Positions 9,947 through 20,365 of a stretch of DNA of 50,571 nt are shown piece after piece. Each line of letters starts with the position of its first letter. Positions within the stretch are counted from its first letter, which is position 1. The position numbers and the translations under genes are program-made. The DNA is from Caldimonas sp. (GTDB lineage Bacteria > Pseudomonadota > Gammaproteobacteria > Burkholderiales > Burkholderiaceae_C). Below the pieces are notes generated by a model. That model made no database searches. It saw nothing but the letters and a program-made list of their open reading frames with translations, and had not been told where the DNA came from. The DNA lies in NCBI GenBank assembly GCA_035555295.1, contig DATMGW010000178.1:1-50571 (forward strand). Direction: 5' to 3'.

Positions 9947-10085
9947 GACGAAAGATCTCCGGAGGCGATGGACGTGGGAGCGTTGAGCGTATCGTGCGGG
10001 CCTGCCCGCAGGGGGTGGCCGGTGCGCGCTCGCGGCGCGTAGCTTGCGGCCTCTGCGACGCACTCGTCGATCTCGTAAACCCTCT

Positions 10086-11015
10086 ATGAACGCTTCGATT
10101 CTGCCGTCGGCCGTCGGCTTCGTCGGCCTCGGCGTGATGGGCCGGCCGATGGCGACGCACCTCGCCCGGGCCGGCTGCGCGCTGCATCTCTACGACATCG
10201 CACCGGGACGGGCCGAGGCCGTCGCGGGCAGCATCCCGGGTGCGCGGGCCTGCGCCTCGCCGGCGGTGCTGGCGCGAGCGAGCGACATCGTCATCACCAT
10301 GGTGCCGAACGGCCGGGTCGTGCACGCGCTGCTCGTCGCCGACGACGGGCTGCTGCACGCCATGGCGCCGGGCAGCCTGCTGCTCGACACGTCGTCGTCC
10401 GAGCCGTGGCTCACCGAGCAGTCGGCGGCGCTGCTCGCGGCGCACGGCATCGCCATGGTCGACGCGCCGGTGTCGGGGGCGGAGTGGGGAGCGCGGGCGG
10501 CCGAGCTCGTCTTCATGGTCGGAGGCGCGAGCGGCGACGTGGAGCGCGTCCGCCCGCTGCTCGATCGCATGGGCAAGGCGGTCTTCCATGTCGGCGCCAT
10601 CGGCGCCGGGCACGCCATGAAATCGCTCAACAACCTTGTCACGGCGATCAACTTCCTCGCCGTCAGCGAAGGCCTGGTGATCGGCAAGCGCTACGGGCTC
10701 GACCCGGCGGCGATGGTTGACGTGCTGAACGAATCGACCGGGATGTCGTGGATATCGCGCACCCACATCAAGCAGCGCGTCATCAGCCGCAGCTTCGACG
10801 ATCCGTTCAAGCTCGCGTTGATGCTGAAGGATGTCGGCATCGCCATGGAACTTGCCCGCACGACGGCGGCGGCGACGCCGATCAGCGCCCTGGCGCAGCA
10901 GCTCTGGCACGCCGCAGCGCAAGACGCGGCGCCCGAGGCGAGCGTCAGCGAGCTGGCGCGCTGGGTCGAGAGCAACAATGGCACCGAGATCCGCTCCGGC
11001 TCCGAACGCCCATGA
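10086..11015 (+). CDS. NAD(P)-dependent beta-hydroxyacid dehydrogenase (3-hydroxyisobutyrate/tartronate semialdehyde reductase family)
   Basis: [26 protein letters not shown] catalytic Lys, FKLALMLKD. Confidence 0.9.
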   Translation: MNASILPSAVGFVGLGVMGRPMATHLARAGCALHLYDIAPGRAEAVAGSIPGARACASPAVLARASDIVITMVPNGRVVHALLVADDGLLHAMAPGSLLLDTSSSEPWLTEQSAALLAAHGIAMVDAPVSGAEWGARAAELVFMVGGASGDVERVRPLLDRMGKAVFHVGAIGAGHAMKSLNNLVTAINFLAVSEGLVIGKRYGLDPAAMVDVLNESTGMSWISRTHIKQRVISRSFDDPFKLALMLKDVGIAMELARTTAAATPISALAQQLWHAAAQDAAPEASVSELARWVESNNGTEIRSGSERP

Positions 11016-12751
11016 CCTCGCCCGACAAGAAACTCCGCTCGGCCATCGTCAGCGAGGGCCTCGACCGGGCGCCGCACCGCGCCTTCCTGCGCGCCACCGG
11101 CGTCGGCGACGAGGACTTCGGCAAGCCGTTCGTCGGCATCGTCAGCCAGCACGGCGAGAACACGCCGTGTTCGATGTCGCTGGGGCCGCAGGCCGACGCG
11201 GCGCGCCTCGGTGTCGCCGCGGGCGGTGCGATCCCCGTGCAGTTCACGACGATCTCCGTCTCCGACGGCGTCTCGATGAACCACAAGGGCATGCGCATGA
11301 GCCTGGTCTCGCGCGAGCTGATCGCCGACTCGATCGAGGCCGTCGTTCGCGCCCACGCCTACGACGCGCTCGTCGGCTTCGCCGGCTGCGACAAGACGCT
11401 GCCCGGCGTGATGATGGCGATGGTCCGCCTGAACTGCCCGAGCGTCTTCGTCTACGGCGGCGCGATGCTGCCCGGCACGTGGCGCGGCCAGGACGTGACC
11501 ATCCTCACCACCTACGAAGGCGTCGGCTCGGTCCTCGCCGGCCGCATGACGGAGGCCGAGCTGAACGAGCTCGGCCACGCCTGCGCGCCGACGCTCGGGT
11601 CGTGCCCTGGGCAGTTCACCGCGAACACGATGGCGATGGTCGCCGAGACGCTCGGGCTCGCGCTGCCCGGCTCGGCGATGCTGCCGGCGGCATACGCGGA
11701 GCGCCTGGCGCTGGCGCGTCGTTCCGGCCGCCGCGCGGCCGAGATCGTCCGCGACGGCGGGCCGCTGCCGCGCGATCTCGTGACACGGAAGGCGCTCGAG
11801 AACGCCGCCGCCGCCGTCGCCGCGACCGGCGGCTCGACCAACGCCGCCCTGCACCTGCCTGCGATCGCGCACGAGGCCGGCATCCGCTTTGCGCTCGACG
11901 ACGTCGCCGAGGTGTTCGCGCGCACGCCCTTGATCGGCAACCTGCAGCCGGGCGGCAAATACCTGGCCGTCGACCTGCATCGCGTCGGCGGCGTCGGCGT
12001 GGTGCTGAAGGCGCTGCTCGACGGCGGCTACCTGCACGGCGACGCGCTCGCGCTGTCGGGCCGCACGCTCGCCGCCGAGCTGGCCTCGCTGCCGGCGCCC
12101 GACGGCGACGTCGTGCGCGCGACCGCGGCGGCGCTGCATCCGACGGGCGGCGTCGTCGTGCTGAAAGGCAACCTCGCGCCCGACGGTGCGCTGATCAAGA
12201 TCGCAGGGCTGAAGAGCGCCGTCTTCGAAGGGCCGGCGCGTGTCTTCGAATGCGAGGAAGACGCTTTCGCCGCCGTCAGTGAGCGCCGCTACGGCGAAGG
12301 CGAGGTGCTCGTTGTCCGCAACGAGGGACCGCGCGGCGGCCCCGGAATGCGCGAGATGCTCGGCGTCACGGCGCTCGTCTACGGCCAGGGCATGGGCGAA
12401 CGCGTCGCGCTGATCACCGACGGGCGCTTTTCGGGCGCGACGCGCGGGCTGATGGTCGGCTACGTCGGCCCCGAGGCGGCGCTCGGCGGGGCGATCGCGC
12501 TGGTGCAGGCCGGGGACCGCATCCGCATCGACGGCGAGGCCGGCACGATCGAGCTAAAGGTGGCCGACGACGAGCTCGCGCGACGCCGCGCCGCGCATCG
12601 GCCGCAGCCGCGGGAACGACTCGCGGGCGTTCTCGAGAAGTACGCGAAGCTGGTCGGGCCTGCGCATCTTGGTGCGGTCACGCATTCGGGGGCCGTCGAG
12701 TGGCCCGACGATGTCGCGATGACGATGGCGTCGCCCGCGCCGAGGGCTTGA
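11012..12751 (+). CDS. ilvD: Dihydroxy-acid dehydratase, IlvD/Edd family
   Basis: [51 protein letters not shown]; ATGA overlap with the dehydrogenase gene. May be a catabolic paralog rather than housekeeping IlvD. Confidence 0.88.
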   Translation: MTSPDKKLRSAIVSEGLDRAPHRAFLRATGVGDEDFGKPFVGIVSQHGENTPCSMSLGPQADAARLGVAAGGAIPVQFTTISVSDGVSMNHKGMRMSLVSRELIADSIEAVVRAHAYDALVGFAGCDKTLPGVMMAMVRLNCPSVFVYGGAMLPGTWRGQDVTILTTYEGVGSVLAGRMTEAELNELGHACAPTLGSCPGQFTANTMAMVAETLGLALPGSAMLPAAYAERLALARRSGRRAAEIVRDGGPLPRDLVTRKALENAAAAVAATGGSTNAALHLPAIAHEAGIRFALDDVAEVFARTPLIGNLQPGGKYLAVDLHRVGGVGVVLKALLDGGYLHGDALALSGRTLAAELASLPAPDGDVVRATAAALHPTGGVVVLKGNLAPDGALIKIAGLKSAVFEGPARVFECEEDAFAAVSERRYGEGEVLVVRNEGPRGGPGMREMLGVTALVYGQGMGERVALITDGRFSGATRGLMVGYVGPEAALGGAIALVQAGDRIRIDGEAGTIELKVADDELARRRAAHRPQPRERLAGVLEKYAKLVGPAHLGAVTHSGAVEWPDDVAMTMASPAPRA

Positions 12752-12803
12752 GCGTTCGTTCGCCGCCCGTCATCGCCGCGAGCAGGAGGCGACAGCCGCG
12801 GGG

Positions 12804-13820
12804 TCAGGGCGTCGCGGTCACCAGTCGCCGGATCCGTTCCGGCGCGTCGATCGACTTGAGCTTGCCGTCGTTGCCCCAGACAAGCGTGTACGGAGCCTCT
12901 TCATCCGCGAAGTACGTCCATTGCGGCGCTTCGAGGCCGGGCACGAGATCGAGGCGGGGATAGCCCAGCGAGACGATCACCTGCTCGCGCGTCATCCCTT
13001 GCATCACCTTGCCGGTCCGCACCGCAGCCTGGACGTCGGCGGACCAGCCTGCGATGCGAACATCGGGGTTCTCGTCGACGATCATCTTCTTGGCGAACTC
13101 CTCGCGCGTCGTCTGCTTGCGCGCGAAGTCGACACCGATGCTCATCTTGCGGCCTTCGATCAGCACGTTCGCGCGGTTGCGCCCCCAGTCGATGAATCGG
13201 ATCCGCGCGCCGGCCGGGACGAAGGGCAGGGTCGTGTAGGGTCCGTCGCCGATCCAGTCGTCGTCATAGTAGAGGTTGCAGCAGGCGAAGGTGGTCGCCC
13301 CGGCCATCTGCGCCTGCGCCTGCGTCGAAGGAGGCTGCACGATCTTCTCGCCGAGCATCTGGCGCGTCACCTCGTCTTCCAGCCAGACTTCGCGACGGAA
13401 AGGGTCGAGGTTGCCGGTGACCCGGTAGCGGCCGCCCGGCTGCAGCTCCACCTCGATCACACCCGACACGGGGTCGTTCCGCAGCGCGCCGAAGATCTCG
13501 CCGATCGGCGCCGCATGCGCGATCCGGGCGACGAGCTTTAGCTTCACGCGTCCGGCTGCGATCTCGCGACTGGCCCCGACGACGCGCAGGTAGGCGCCAG
13601 AGCCGCGGCTGGCGCGCTGGCTGGCATCGATGGCGTTCGGAACCGAGGTGCCATCGACCTCGCTCAGCACGAAAAACGTGCCGCCGCCGGGGCCGCCGCC
13701 GCTGCCGGAATCCGCAATCGTGGCAGCCAATCCCGTTGCGACCGGCGGGGGGTCGGCAGACTTCGCCGTCCCGAGGGCTAGCAGCGATAGAAGGGCGCAG
13801 AAGAGGGTGCGGCTCAGCAT
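12804..13820 (-). CDS. Exported two-domain protein with C-terminal SmpA/OmlA(BamE)-like module
   Basis: Signal peptide MLSRTLFCALLSLLALG; C-terminal GMTREQVIVSLGYP...WTY motif; N-terminal domain not recognised. Confidence 0.7.
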   Translation of the reverse strand: MLSRTLFCALLSLLALGTAKSADPPPVATGLAATIADSGSGGGPGGGTFFVLSEVDGTSVPNAIDASQRASRGSGAYLRVVGASREIAAGRVKLKLVARIAHAAPIGEIFGALRNDPVSGVIEVELQPGGRYRVTGNLDPFRREVWLEDEVTRQMLGEKIVQPPSTQAQAQMAGATTFACCNLYYDDDWIGDGPYTTLPFVPAGARIRFIDWGRNRANVLIEGRKMSIGVDFARKQTTREEFAKKMIVDENPDVRIAGWSADVQAAVRTGKVMQGMTREQVIVSLGYPRLDLVPGLEAPQWTYFADEEAPYTLVWGNDGKLKSIDAPERIRRLVTATP

Positions 13821-13834
13821 GGTCCCGGTGCTCC

Positions 13835-14815
13835 TCAGCTGTGTCCGACCACCGCGTGCGGCACGTAGGGCGCCTCGAGCTCGGCGATGTCCTGCGGCGA
13901 GAGCTCGAGCGTCAGTGCGGCGACGGCATCGTCGAGCTGCTCGAGGCGCGTCGCGCCGACGATCGGCGCCGAGACTTCGCTCTTCGCCAGCAGCCAGGCG
14001 AGCGCCACCTGGGCGCGCGGCCGGCCCAGGCGCGCCGCGACCGCGGCGAGCGCGCCGACGACCTTGCGATCGGCGTCGGCCGTCTTCGCGTACAGGCTCT
14101 TGCCGAACTCGTCGGTCTCGGCACGCGCGCTCGTCGCGTCCCAGTCGCGCGTCAGGCGGCCGCGCGCCAGCGGGCTCCACGGGATGACGCCGACGCCTTC
14201 GGCCTTGCAGAGCGGCAGCATCTCGCGCTCTTCCTCGCGATAGAGCAGGTTGAGGTAGTTCTGCATGGTCGCGAAGCGCGGCCAGCCGTGCCGGTCGGAC
14301 AGGTGCAGCGCTTTCGCGAACTGCCAGGCGTGCATCGACGAAGCGCCGATGTACAAGGCCTTGCCGGCGCGGACGACGTCGTTCAGCGCCTCGAGCGTCT
14401 CCTCGATCGGCACGGCGTAGTCCCAGCGATGGATCTGGTACAGGTCGACGTGGTCGGTGCCCAGGCGCTTCAGGCTCGCGTCGATCTCGGCGAAGATCGT
14501 CTTGCGCGACAGGCCCGCGCCGTTCGGCCCCTTGTGCATCCGCCCGTGCACCTTGGTCCCGATCACGACCTCGCCGCGTCGCGCGTATGCGAGCAGGGCG
14601 CGGCCGACGATCTCCTCGCTCGTGCCGTCGGAGTAGACGTTGGCCGTGTCGTAGAAGTTGATGCCCAGGTCGAGCGCCTTCCTGATGAACGGCCGGCTCG
14701 CCGCTTCGCCGAGCGTCCAGGCGTGGTTGCCGCGCTCGGGCTCGCCGTAGCTCATGCAGCCGAGGCACAGGCGCGACACGTCGAGGCCGGTGGGGCCGAG
14801 CTTGATCGTCTTCAT
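13835..14815 (-). CDS. Aldo/keto reductase
   Basis: LDVSRLCLGCM, DTANVYSDG, DLYQIHRWD, IPWSPLARG. Confidence 0.93.
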   Translation of the reverse strand: MKTIKLGPTGLDVSRLCLGCMSYGEPERGNHAWTLGEAASRPFIRKALDLGINFYDTANVYSDGTSEEIVGRALLAYARRGEVVIGTKVHGRMHKGPNGAGLSRKTIFAEIDASLKRLGTDHVDLYQIHRWDYAVPIEETLEALNDVVRAGKALYIGASSMHAWQFAKALHLSDRHGWPRFATMQNYLNLLYREEEREMLPLCKAEGVGVIPWSPLARGRLTRDWDATSARAETDEFGKSLYAKTADADRKVVGALAAVAARLGRPRAQVALAWLLAKSEVSAPIVGATRLEQLDDAVAALTLELSPQDIAELEAPYVPHAVVGHS

Positions 14816-14840
14816 GGTGAGTGGCCTTTCGTGCGGTCGG

Positions 14841-15710
14841 CTAGGGCGACAGGATCATCGCCGCGCAGGAGTTCGTCATGGTCGAGCCGTCGTCGCACCA
14901 GTCGAGGACGATGTCGAAATGGTGGCGGCCCAGGACCTCGAGGGGCTGCACGTCGAGGCCAGCGCCGCGGCAGGCGCGCAGGTAGTCGCGCGACTGCTCC
15001 TTGAATCCCGAGGTCTCCTCGGCGCCCCAGGCGACGACCTGCTTGCCGGTCTGCTGCGGCAGGTGAAAGATCGGGCTTTGCGCGCGCGCGCGCGCTGCGT
15101 CGAGGCCCATCCATTCGTTGACGAACGACCTCGTGAGCGGCGCCAGGTCGAACAGGCCGCTCACCGGCATCGCGCCCTTGATGAGGTTTTCGGGCAGGCC
15201 GATCGTTTCGCGCCAGCCGGCCGAGACGAGCGCCGCCGCAAGGTGGCCGCCGGCCGAGCTGCCGCCGACGTAGATGCGGTCGGGGTCGATGTCCCAGGTC
15301 GGGCCGTTGCGGTACAGCCAGGCGATCGAGGCGCGCACCTGGCGGACGATCTCCTCGAGCGTCGCTCCCGGCGCCAGCGCGTAGTCGGGCGCGACGACGC
15401 TGATGCCGCGGCGCGTGAGAACCGGCGCCATGAACACCGAGTCGCTCTTGCCGAGCATCCGCCAGTAGCCGCCGTGGATGAAGACGAACACCGGCTTCAG
15501 CCCGGGGCCGGGCGCCGGGAAGAAGTCGAGGCATTGCCCGCTCGCCGGGTCGTAACAGAGGTCGCGGTGGTTCGGCAGGGCGCGATACGCCTCGGCCGAG
15601 CGGTCGCGATAGAGGTCCATGTGCGCCTCGAACACTCCGGGCGGCAGGGCGCGCCGGGGCGCATAGGCGGCATCGATTGCCGGGTCGCTCGCGTAGCTCA
15701 TGGTCGTCAC
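14841..15710 (-). CDS. Alpha/beta hydrolase, arylformamidase (kynurenine formamidase)-like
   Basis: FIHGGYW oxyanion motif, GSSAG nucleophile elbow, SGLFDL, C-terminal HHF; GTGA overlap with the upstream gene. Confidence 0.85.
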   Translation of the reverse strand: MTTMSYASDPAIDAAYAPRRALPPGVFEAHMDLYRDRSAEAYRALPNHRDLCYDPASGQCLDFFPAPGPGLKPVFVFIHGGYWRMLGKSDSVFMAPVLTRRGISVVAPDYALAPGATLEEIVRQVRASIAWLYRNGPTWDIDPDRIYVGGSSAGGHLAAALVSAGWRETIGLPENLIKGAMPVSGLFDLAPLTRSFVNEWMGLDAARARAQSPIFHLPQQTGKQVVAWGAEETSGFKEQSRDYLRACRGAGLDVQPLEVLGRHHFDIVLDWCDDGSTMTNSCAAMILSP

Positions 15711-16459
15711 ACTCCCAAGTAACGTTGCCAGATCGACGCGTCGGCGTCGAGCTCGGCGGAAGAGCCGGTCCAGGCGACGCGGCCTTTCTCGAGGATGACA
15801 TGTCGGTCGGCTAGCTGGATCAGCCGCTGCACGTATTTGTCGATCACGAGGATCGCCTGGCCGCCGTCGCGCAGGTCACCCAGGCAACGCCAGATCTCCT
15901 GGCGGATCAGCGGCGCCAGGCCTTCGGTCGCTTCGTCGAGGATCAGCAGGCGCGGTTCGGTGACGAGGGCGCGGCCGATCGCGAGCATCTGCTGCTCGCC
16001 GCCGGAGAGCTGGCTGCCAAGCTGCCGGCGCCGCGCGTAGAGGCCGGGAAAGAGCTCGTAGACGCGGCCGATGCGCACGGCGGCGCTGCCGCCGGCGCCG
16101 GCGTCGTCGCGGGGCCGCTCGAAGGCGCTCAGGTGCTCGTGCACCGTCAGGTTGGCGAAGATCTGCCGCCCTTCGGGTACGAGGCCGATGCCGCGCCGGG
16201 CGATCCGGTTCGGCGCTTCCGCTTCGACCCGCGCGCCGCGAAAGACGACCTGCCCGCTGCGTGCGCGGTGCAGCCCGGTGATGGCACGCACCAGCGTCGT
16301 CTTGCCCATGCCGTTGCGGCCGAGCAGCGCCACCACTTCGCCGGCGCCGACGCGCAGGTCGACGCCATGCAGCACCTCGCTCGCGCCGTAACCGGCGTGC
16401 AACGCGCGAACCTCGAGCAGAGGACGGATCGCTGCGGCGTCGGCGACCACGTGGCTCAC
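15707..16459 (-). CDS. ABC transporter ATP-binding protein (LivF-like)
   Basis: GRNGMGKT Walker A, LSGGEQQML signature, LILDE. Confidence 0.93.
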   Translation of the reverse strand: MSHVVADAAAIRPLLEVRALHAGYGASEVLHGVDLRVGAGEVVALLGRNGMGKTTLVRAITGLHRARSGQVVFRGARVEAEAPNRIARRGIGLVPEGRQIFANLTVHEHLSAFERPRDDAGAGGSAAVRIGRVYELFPGLYARRRQLGSQLSGGEQQMLAIGRALVTEPRLLILDEATEGLAPLIRQEIWRCLGDLRDGGQAILVIDKYVQRLIQLADRHVILEKGRVAWTGSSAELDADASIWQRYLGV

Positions 16460-17250
16460 TCCTCGCCCAGATAGGCTTCGACCACGCCGGCGTCGCGGCG
16501 CACCGCGTCGGGCGCGCCGCTGGCGATGATGCTGCCGCTCACGAGTGCCGAGACGCGGTCGGCGAGGCGAAAGACGGCGTCGACGTCGTGCTCGATCAGC
16601 AGCACCGTCGTACGCCGGCGCAGCTGGCCGATCAGCGCTTCCATGCGTCGCGATTCGTCGTGGCCCATGCCGGCCATCGGCTCGTCAAGCAGCACGAGGC
16701 GCGGCCGGCTGGCGACGGCGAGCCCGACCTCGAGAGCACGCTGCTCGCCGTGCGACAGCTCGTCGATCCGCGCCGCCGCCCGGTCGGCCAGGCCGATCTC
16801 GGCGAGCACTTCGTGCGCGCGGGCGACGATCGCGTCGCTTCGGCGCGGTGGCGAAGGCATCGCATCGCCGCCGAGGCGCCCGGCCGCCTGCACCGCGAGC
16901 GCGACGTTGCCGAGCACGTCGAAGCTGCGAAACAGGCGCGTGATCTGGAACGATCGCGCCAGGCCGCGGCGCGCCCGCTCGTGCGGCGCGAGGCGTGTGA
17001 TGTCGGCGCCGGCGAAGACGATGCGGCCGCTGTCCGGGCGCAGCTGGCCGGCGAGCTGGGCGACGAGCGTCGTCTTGCCGGCGCCGTTCGGCCCGATCAG
17101 CGCGTGCACTTCGCCTTCGATCACCTGCAGGTCGACTCCGGCGCTTGCGACGACGCCGCCGAACCGCTTCGACAGGCGCTGCACGTCGAGCAGCGGCGTC
17201 GATGTCTGTGCACGATGGGTCACGGCGTTTGCCCTCGTGCGGCGATCCAT
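16456..17250 (-). CDS. ABC transporter ATP-binding protein (LivG-like)
   Basis: GPNGAGKT, LSHGEQR, LLDEP, IEHD, EAYLG; true start may be GTG 17223. Confidence 0.92.
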   Translation of the reverse strand: MDRRTRANAVTHRAQTSTPLLDVQRLSKRFGGVVASAGVDLQVIEGEVHALIGPNGAGKTTLVAQLAGQLRPDSGRIVFAGADITRLAPHERARRGLARSFQITRLFRSFDVLGNVALAVQAAGRLGGDAMPSPPRRSDAIVARAHEVLAEIGLADRAAARIDELSHGEQRALEVGLAVASRPRLVLLDEPMAGMGHDESRRMEALIGQLRRRTTVLLIEHDVDAVFRLADRVSALVSGSIIASGAPDAVRRDAGVVEAYLGEE

Positions 17251-18173
17251 CCGGCGAGGCCGTGGCGCGCGTACAGAACGACGCCGAGCAGGACCCAGCC
17301 GGTCCAGAACTCCCAGTGCGTCGTGTACGCTGAGAGCGTTTCCTGCAGCACGATCAGCAGCACCGCGCCGAGAACGCCGCCCCAGAGCGACGCGACGCCG
17401 CCGAGGATCACCATCACCATCAGCGTTCCCGATTGCGTCCAGTGCAGCAGCGCCGGGCTGACGTAGCCCTGCTGGTTGACCGAGAGCGCGCCGGCGATTG
17501 CGGCGACGACGCCGGCGACGACGAAGACGACGAGGCGATCGCGATAGGTCGCGAAGCCGAGCGCTTCGGCGCGCTGCTCATCGTCGCGCGTCGCGACGAT
17601 GGCGCGGCCGAAGCCCGAGCGGGTGAAGAGGTGCAGGCCGACCAGCGTCGCTGCGAGCAGCACCAGAGCCACGTAGTAGAAGGTCGGCGCGTCTTTCAGA
17701 TCGATCCCGAGGCCGAACTGCGAGCGGGCGCGGATGTTGAGGCCCTCGTCGCCGCCGTAGCCCTTGATCGAGTTCGCCAGGTAGTAGAGCATCTGCCCGA
17801 AGGCGAGCGTGATCATGATGAAGTAGACGCCGCGCGTGCGCAGCGAGATCGCGCCGATCAGCCCGGCGGCGAGCGCGCTCACGGCGATCGTCGCTGCGAC
17901 GTGCGTCGCCGCGTTCAGGACGCCTTCGCTGATCAGCACGCCGGTCGCGTAGGCGCCGAGGCCGAAGAATGCGGCGTGCCCGAACGAGACCATTCCGCCG
18001 TAGCCGAGAACGAGGTTGAGGCTCGTCGCCGCGATCGCGTAGACGACGATGCGCCCGGCCGTGCTGACGTAGTAGCCGACGCCGAGCGCCTGCAGCAACG
18101 TCGGCAGGGCAACGAGGACGGTTGCGAGAACGACGAGCGCGATGCGGCGGGAGCCGGGCACGGCAGCCTTCAA
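17220..18173 (-). CDS. ABC transporter permease (LivM-like)
   Basis: GYGGMVSFGHAAFFG, RGVYFIMITLAFGQ, VILGG; start inferred at TTG 18173 overlapping the upstream stop. Confidence 0.9.
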   Translation of the reverse strand: MKAAVPGSRRIALVVLATVLVALPTLLQALGVGYYVSTAGRIVVYAIAATSLNLVLGYGGMVSFGHAAFFGLGAYATGVLISEGVLNAATHVAATIAVSALAAGLIGAISLRTRGVYFIMITLAFGQMLYYLANSIKGYGGDEGLNIRARSQFGLGIDLKDAPTFYYVALVLLAATLVGLHLFTRSGFGRAIVATRDDEQRAEALGFATYRDRLVVFVVAGVVAAIAGALSVNQQGYVSPALLHWTQSGTLMVMVILGGVASLWGGVLGAVLLIVLQETLSAYTTHWEFWTGWVLLGVVLYARHGLAGWIAARGQTP

Positions 18174-19087
18174 CCGCGCGGCGGAAAGAGGCCTTGTGGC
18201 CTGATCGCGAGTACCGCCGCCATGAAGACATAGATAGCCACCGACGCAGCCGCCGGGCCGGCAGCGCTCGCCATCTGCGGCGGCAGGAACTCGCGGAACA
18301 GCTGCTGCATCACCGTGCGGCCGAAGGTATCGACGCAGCCGACGAGGAGCGCGCCGACCAGCGCGCCGCGGATCGAGCCGATGCCGCCGATCACGATGAC
18401 GACGAAAGCGAGGATCAGGATGTTCTCGCCCATGCCCACCTGCACCGCGAGGAGCGGCCCCATCAGCACGCCGGCGACGGCGCACAACCCCGCGCCGATG
18501 CCGAAGACGAAGGTGAACAGGCGCTTGATGTCGACGCCCATGGCGGTCGCCATCTCGCGGTTCGATGCGCCGGCGCGCACCAGTGCACCCATCCGCGTCC
18601 GGGCGACGAGCATGTAGAGCAACGCCGCCAGGATCAGTCCCGCAGCGATGATGACGAGCCGGTACGCCGGATACGAGAGCCCCGGCACCAGCTCGATCGG
18701 CCCGGCGAGCGCCTGCGGCGCCGACAACGGCAGGTCGTTGCCGAAGACCATGCGCGTGCCGTCGTTGAGGATCAGGATGAGGGCGAAGGTCGCGAGCACC
18801 TGCGAGAGGTGGTCGCGCGCGTAGAGCGAGCGCAGCAGCGTCGTTTCGAGCGCCATGCCGAAAAGCGCGGTGCCGAGCACGGCGCCGGCCAGGCCGACGA
18901 CGAACGAGCCCGACAGGCCGACGATCCAGGCGCCGAGAAAGGCGCCGACCATGTAGAGCGAGCCGTGCGCCAGGTTGATCATGTCCATGACGCCGAAGAC
19001 GAGCGTCAGGCCGGCGGCGAGCAGGAACAGCATCAGCCCGAACTGCAGGCCGTTCAGCGCCTGCTCGAGGATCAGGACGCCGGGCAT
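18170..19087 (-). CDS. ABC transporter permease (LivH-like)
   Basis: GLTLVFGVMDMINLAHG, FVVIVIGGIGS, RPQGLF. Confidence 0.92.
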   Translation of the reverse strand: MPGVLILEQALNGLQFGLMLFLLAAGLTLVFGVMDMINLAHGSLYMVGAFLGAWIVGLSGSFVVGLAGAVLGTALFGMALETTLLRSLYARDHLSQVLATFALILILNDGTRMVFGNDLPLSAPQALAGPIELVPGLSYPAYRLVIIAAGLILAALLYMLVARTRMGALVRAGASNREMATAMGVDIKRLFTFVFGIGAGLCAVAGVLMGPLLAVQVGMGENILILAFVVIVIGGIGSIRGALVGALLVGCVDTFGRTVMQQLFREFLPPQMASAAGPAAASVAIYVFMAAVLAIRPQGLFPPRG

Positions 19088-19096
19088 CGTGCTTCT

Positions 19097-19132
19097 CCCT
19101 CTCCCGCGTGCGGGAGAGGGTCGGGGTGAGGG
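19097..19132. repeat. REP-like palindromic element
   Basis: CCCTCTCCCGC-GT-GCGGGAGAGGG hairpin followed by TCGGGGTGAGGG, between the SBP and permease genes; resembles a widespread proteobacterial extragenic palindrome. Confidence 0.8.
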
Positions 19133-19142
19133 CGCACGCCGA

Positions 19143-20330
19143 TCACTTCATCTTGCAATCCTGCACGTAGGCGTCGCCGTGGTCCTTCAGGATCGGCTCG
19201 TTGAACGACTTGTTGACGAGGCCACCGTGGCCGTCGCTGCCGACGGTGCGGACGTAGTAGCTCTGGATCGGATACTGGTTCGTGTTGAAGCGGAACGGCC
19301 CGCGCACCGAGTCGAACTTTGCCGCCTTCAGCGCCTTGCGAACGGCGTCGTGGTCCTCGAGCTTGCCTTTCACGTCGCGCACCGCGGCGTTGATGAGCTG
19401 CGCCGTGTCATAGCCCTGCGAGGCGTAGAGCGTCGGCGTGCGACCGTATTCCTTCTTGAACTCGGCGACGAACTTCTGGTTCGCCGGGTTCGTGAAGTCG
19501 GGCGACCAGTGCGCCGTGTTGAACAGCCCCGACATCGACGCGCCGACCGGACCGATCACGTCCTGGTCGGCGGAAAAGCCCGGCAGCAGCAGCGTCATGT
19601 CCTTGCCCAGGCCGGCGCCGACGAACTGCTTGATGAAGTTGATCCCCATGCCTCCGGGCAGGAAGACGTAGAGGACCTGCGGCTTGGCGGCGCGGATCTC
19701 GGCGAGCTCGGCGGCGTAGTCGAGCTGGCCGAGCTTCGTGTAGTTCTCGCCGACGACCTGGCCCTTGAAGGTGCGCTTGAAGCCGGCCAGCGAATCCTTG
19801 CCGGCCTGGTAGTTGGGCGCCAGCAGGTACACCGACTTCATGCCGCGCTGGTTCGCGAATTCGCCCGCCGCTTCGTGATACGCATCGTTGGGCCACGACA
19901 CGGCAAAGAACAGCGGGTTGCAGTCCTTGCCCGCCATCGGCGAGGGTGCGGCATTGGCAGAGAGGTAGAAGGTGTTGCTGTCGAAGGCTTCGGGCAGCGC
20001 CGCCAGCATGATGTTGGAGAAGACGACGCCGGTCATGAAGTCGACGTGGTCGCGCTTGATGTCCTTCTCGAACAGCTGCTTGGCGACGTCGGGCTTGAAC
20101 TGGTCGTCGCTCACCAGCACCTCGGCCGGCAGGCCGCCGAGCTTGCCGCCGTTCATCTTCACGGCGAGCAAAAAGCCGTCGCGGATGTCGACACCGAGCG
20201 CCGCCGAAGGCCCCGAGAGCGTGCTGACGAAGCCGACCTTGACCTTGTCGGCCGCCGCGGCGAGCGTCAGGGTCGAGGCCAGCGCGGCGGCGGTGCAGGA
20301 AAGCGCGAGCGAACGAACGAAGGTCGGCAT
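19143..20330 (-). CDS. ABC transporter substrate-binding protein (Leu/Ile/Val-binding family, aromatic-acid clade)
   Basis: Signal peptide from ATG 20330; VKVGFVSTLSG, DDQFKPD, APNYQAGKD, FDSVRGPFRF. Confidence 0.9.
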   Translation of the reverse strand: MPTFVRSLALSCTAAALASTLTLAAAADKVKVGFVSTLSGPSAALGVDIRDGFLLAVKMNGGKLGGLPAEVLVSDDQFKPDVAKQLFEKDIKRDHVDFMTGVVFSNIMLAALPEAFDSNTFYLSANAAPSPMAGKDCNPLFFAVSWPNDAYHEAAGEFANQRGMKSVYLLAPNYQAGKDSLAGFKRTFKGQVVGENYTKLGQLDYAAELAEIRAAKPQVLYVFLPGGMGINFIKQFVGAGLGKDMTLLLPGFSADQDVIGPVGASMSGLFNTAHWSPDFTNPANQKFVAEFKKEYGRTPTLYASQGYDTAQLINAAVRDVKGKLEDHDAVRKALKAAKFDSVRGPFRFNTNQYPIQSYYVRTVGSDGHGGLVNKSFNEPILKDHGDAYVQDCKMK

Positions 20331-20365
20331 GGAAGGCTTTCGAAGAAGGAAAAGAAGTGGCGCGT

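Noticed and set aside
15080-15095. (GC)8 dinucleotide run as a phase-variation tract
   Set aside because: Encodes in-frame Ala-Arg repeats in an intact gene; unremarkable at this GC content
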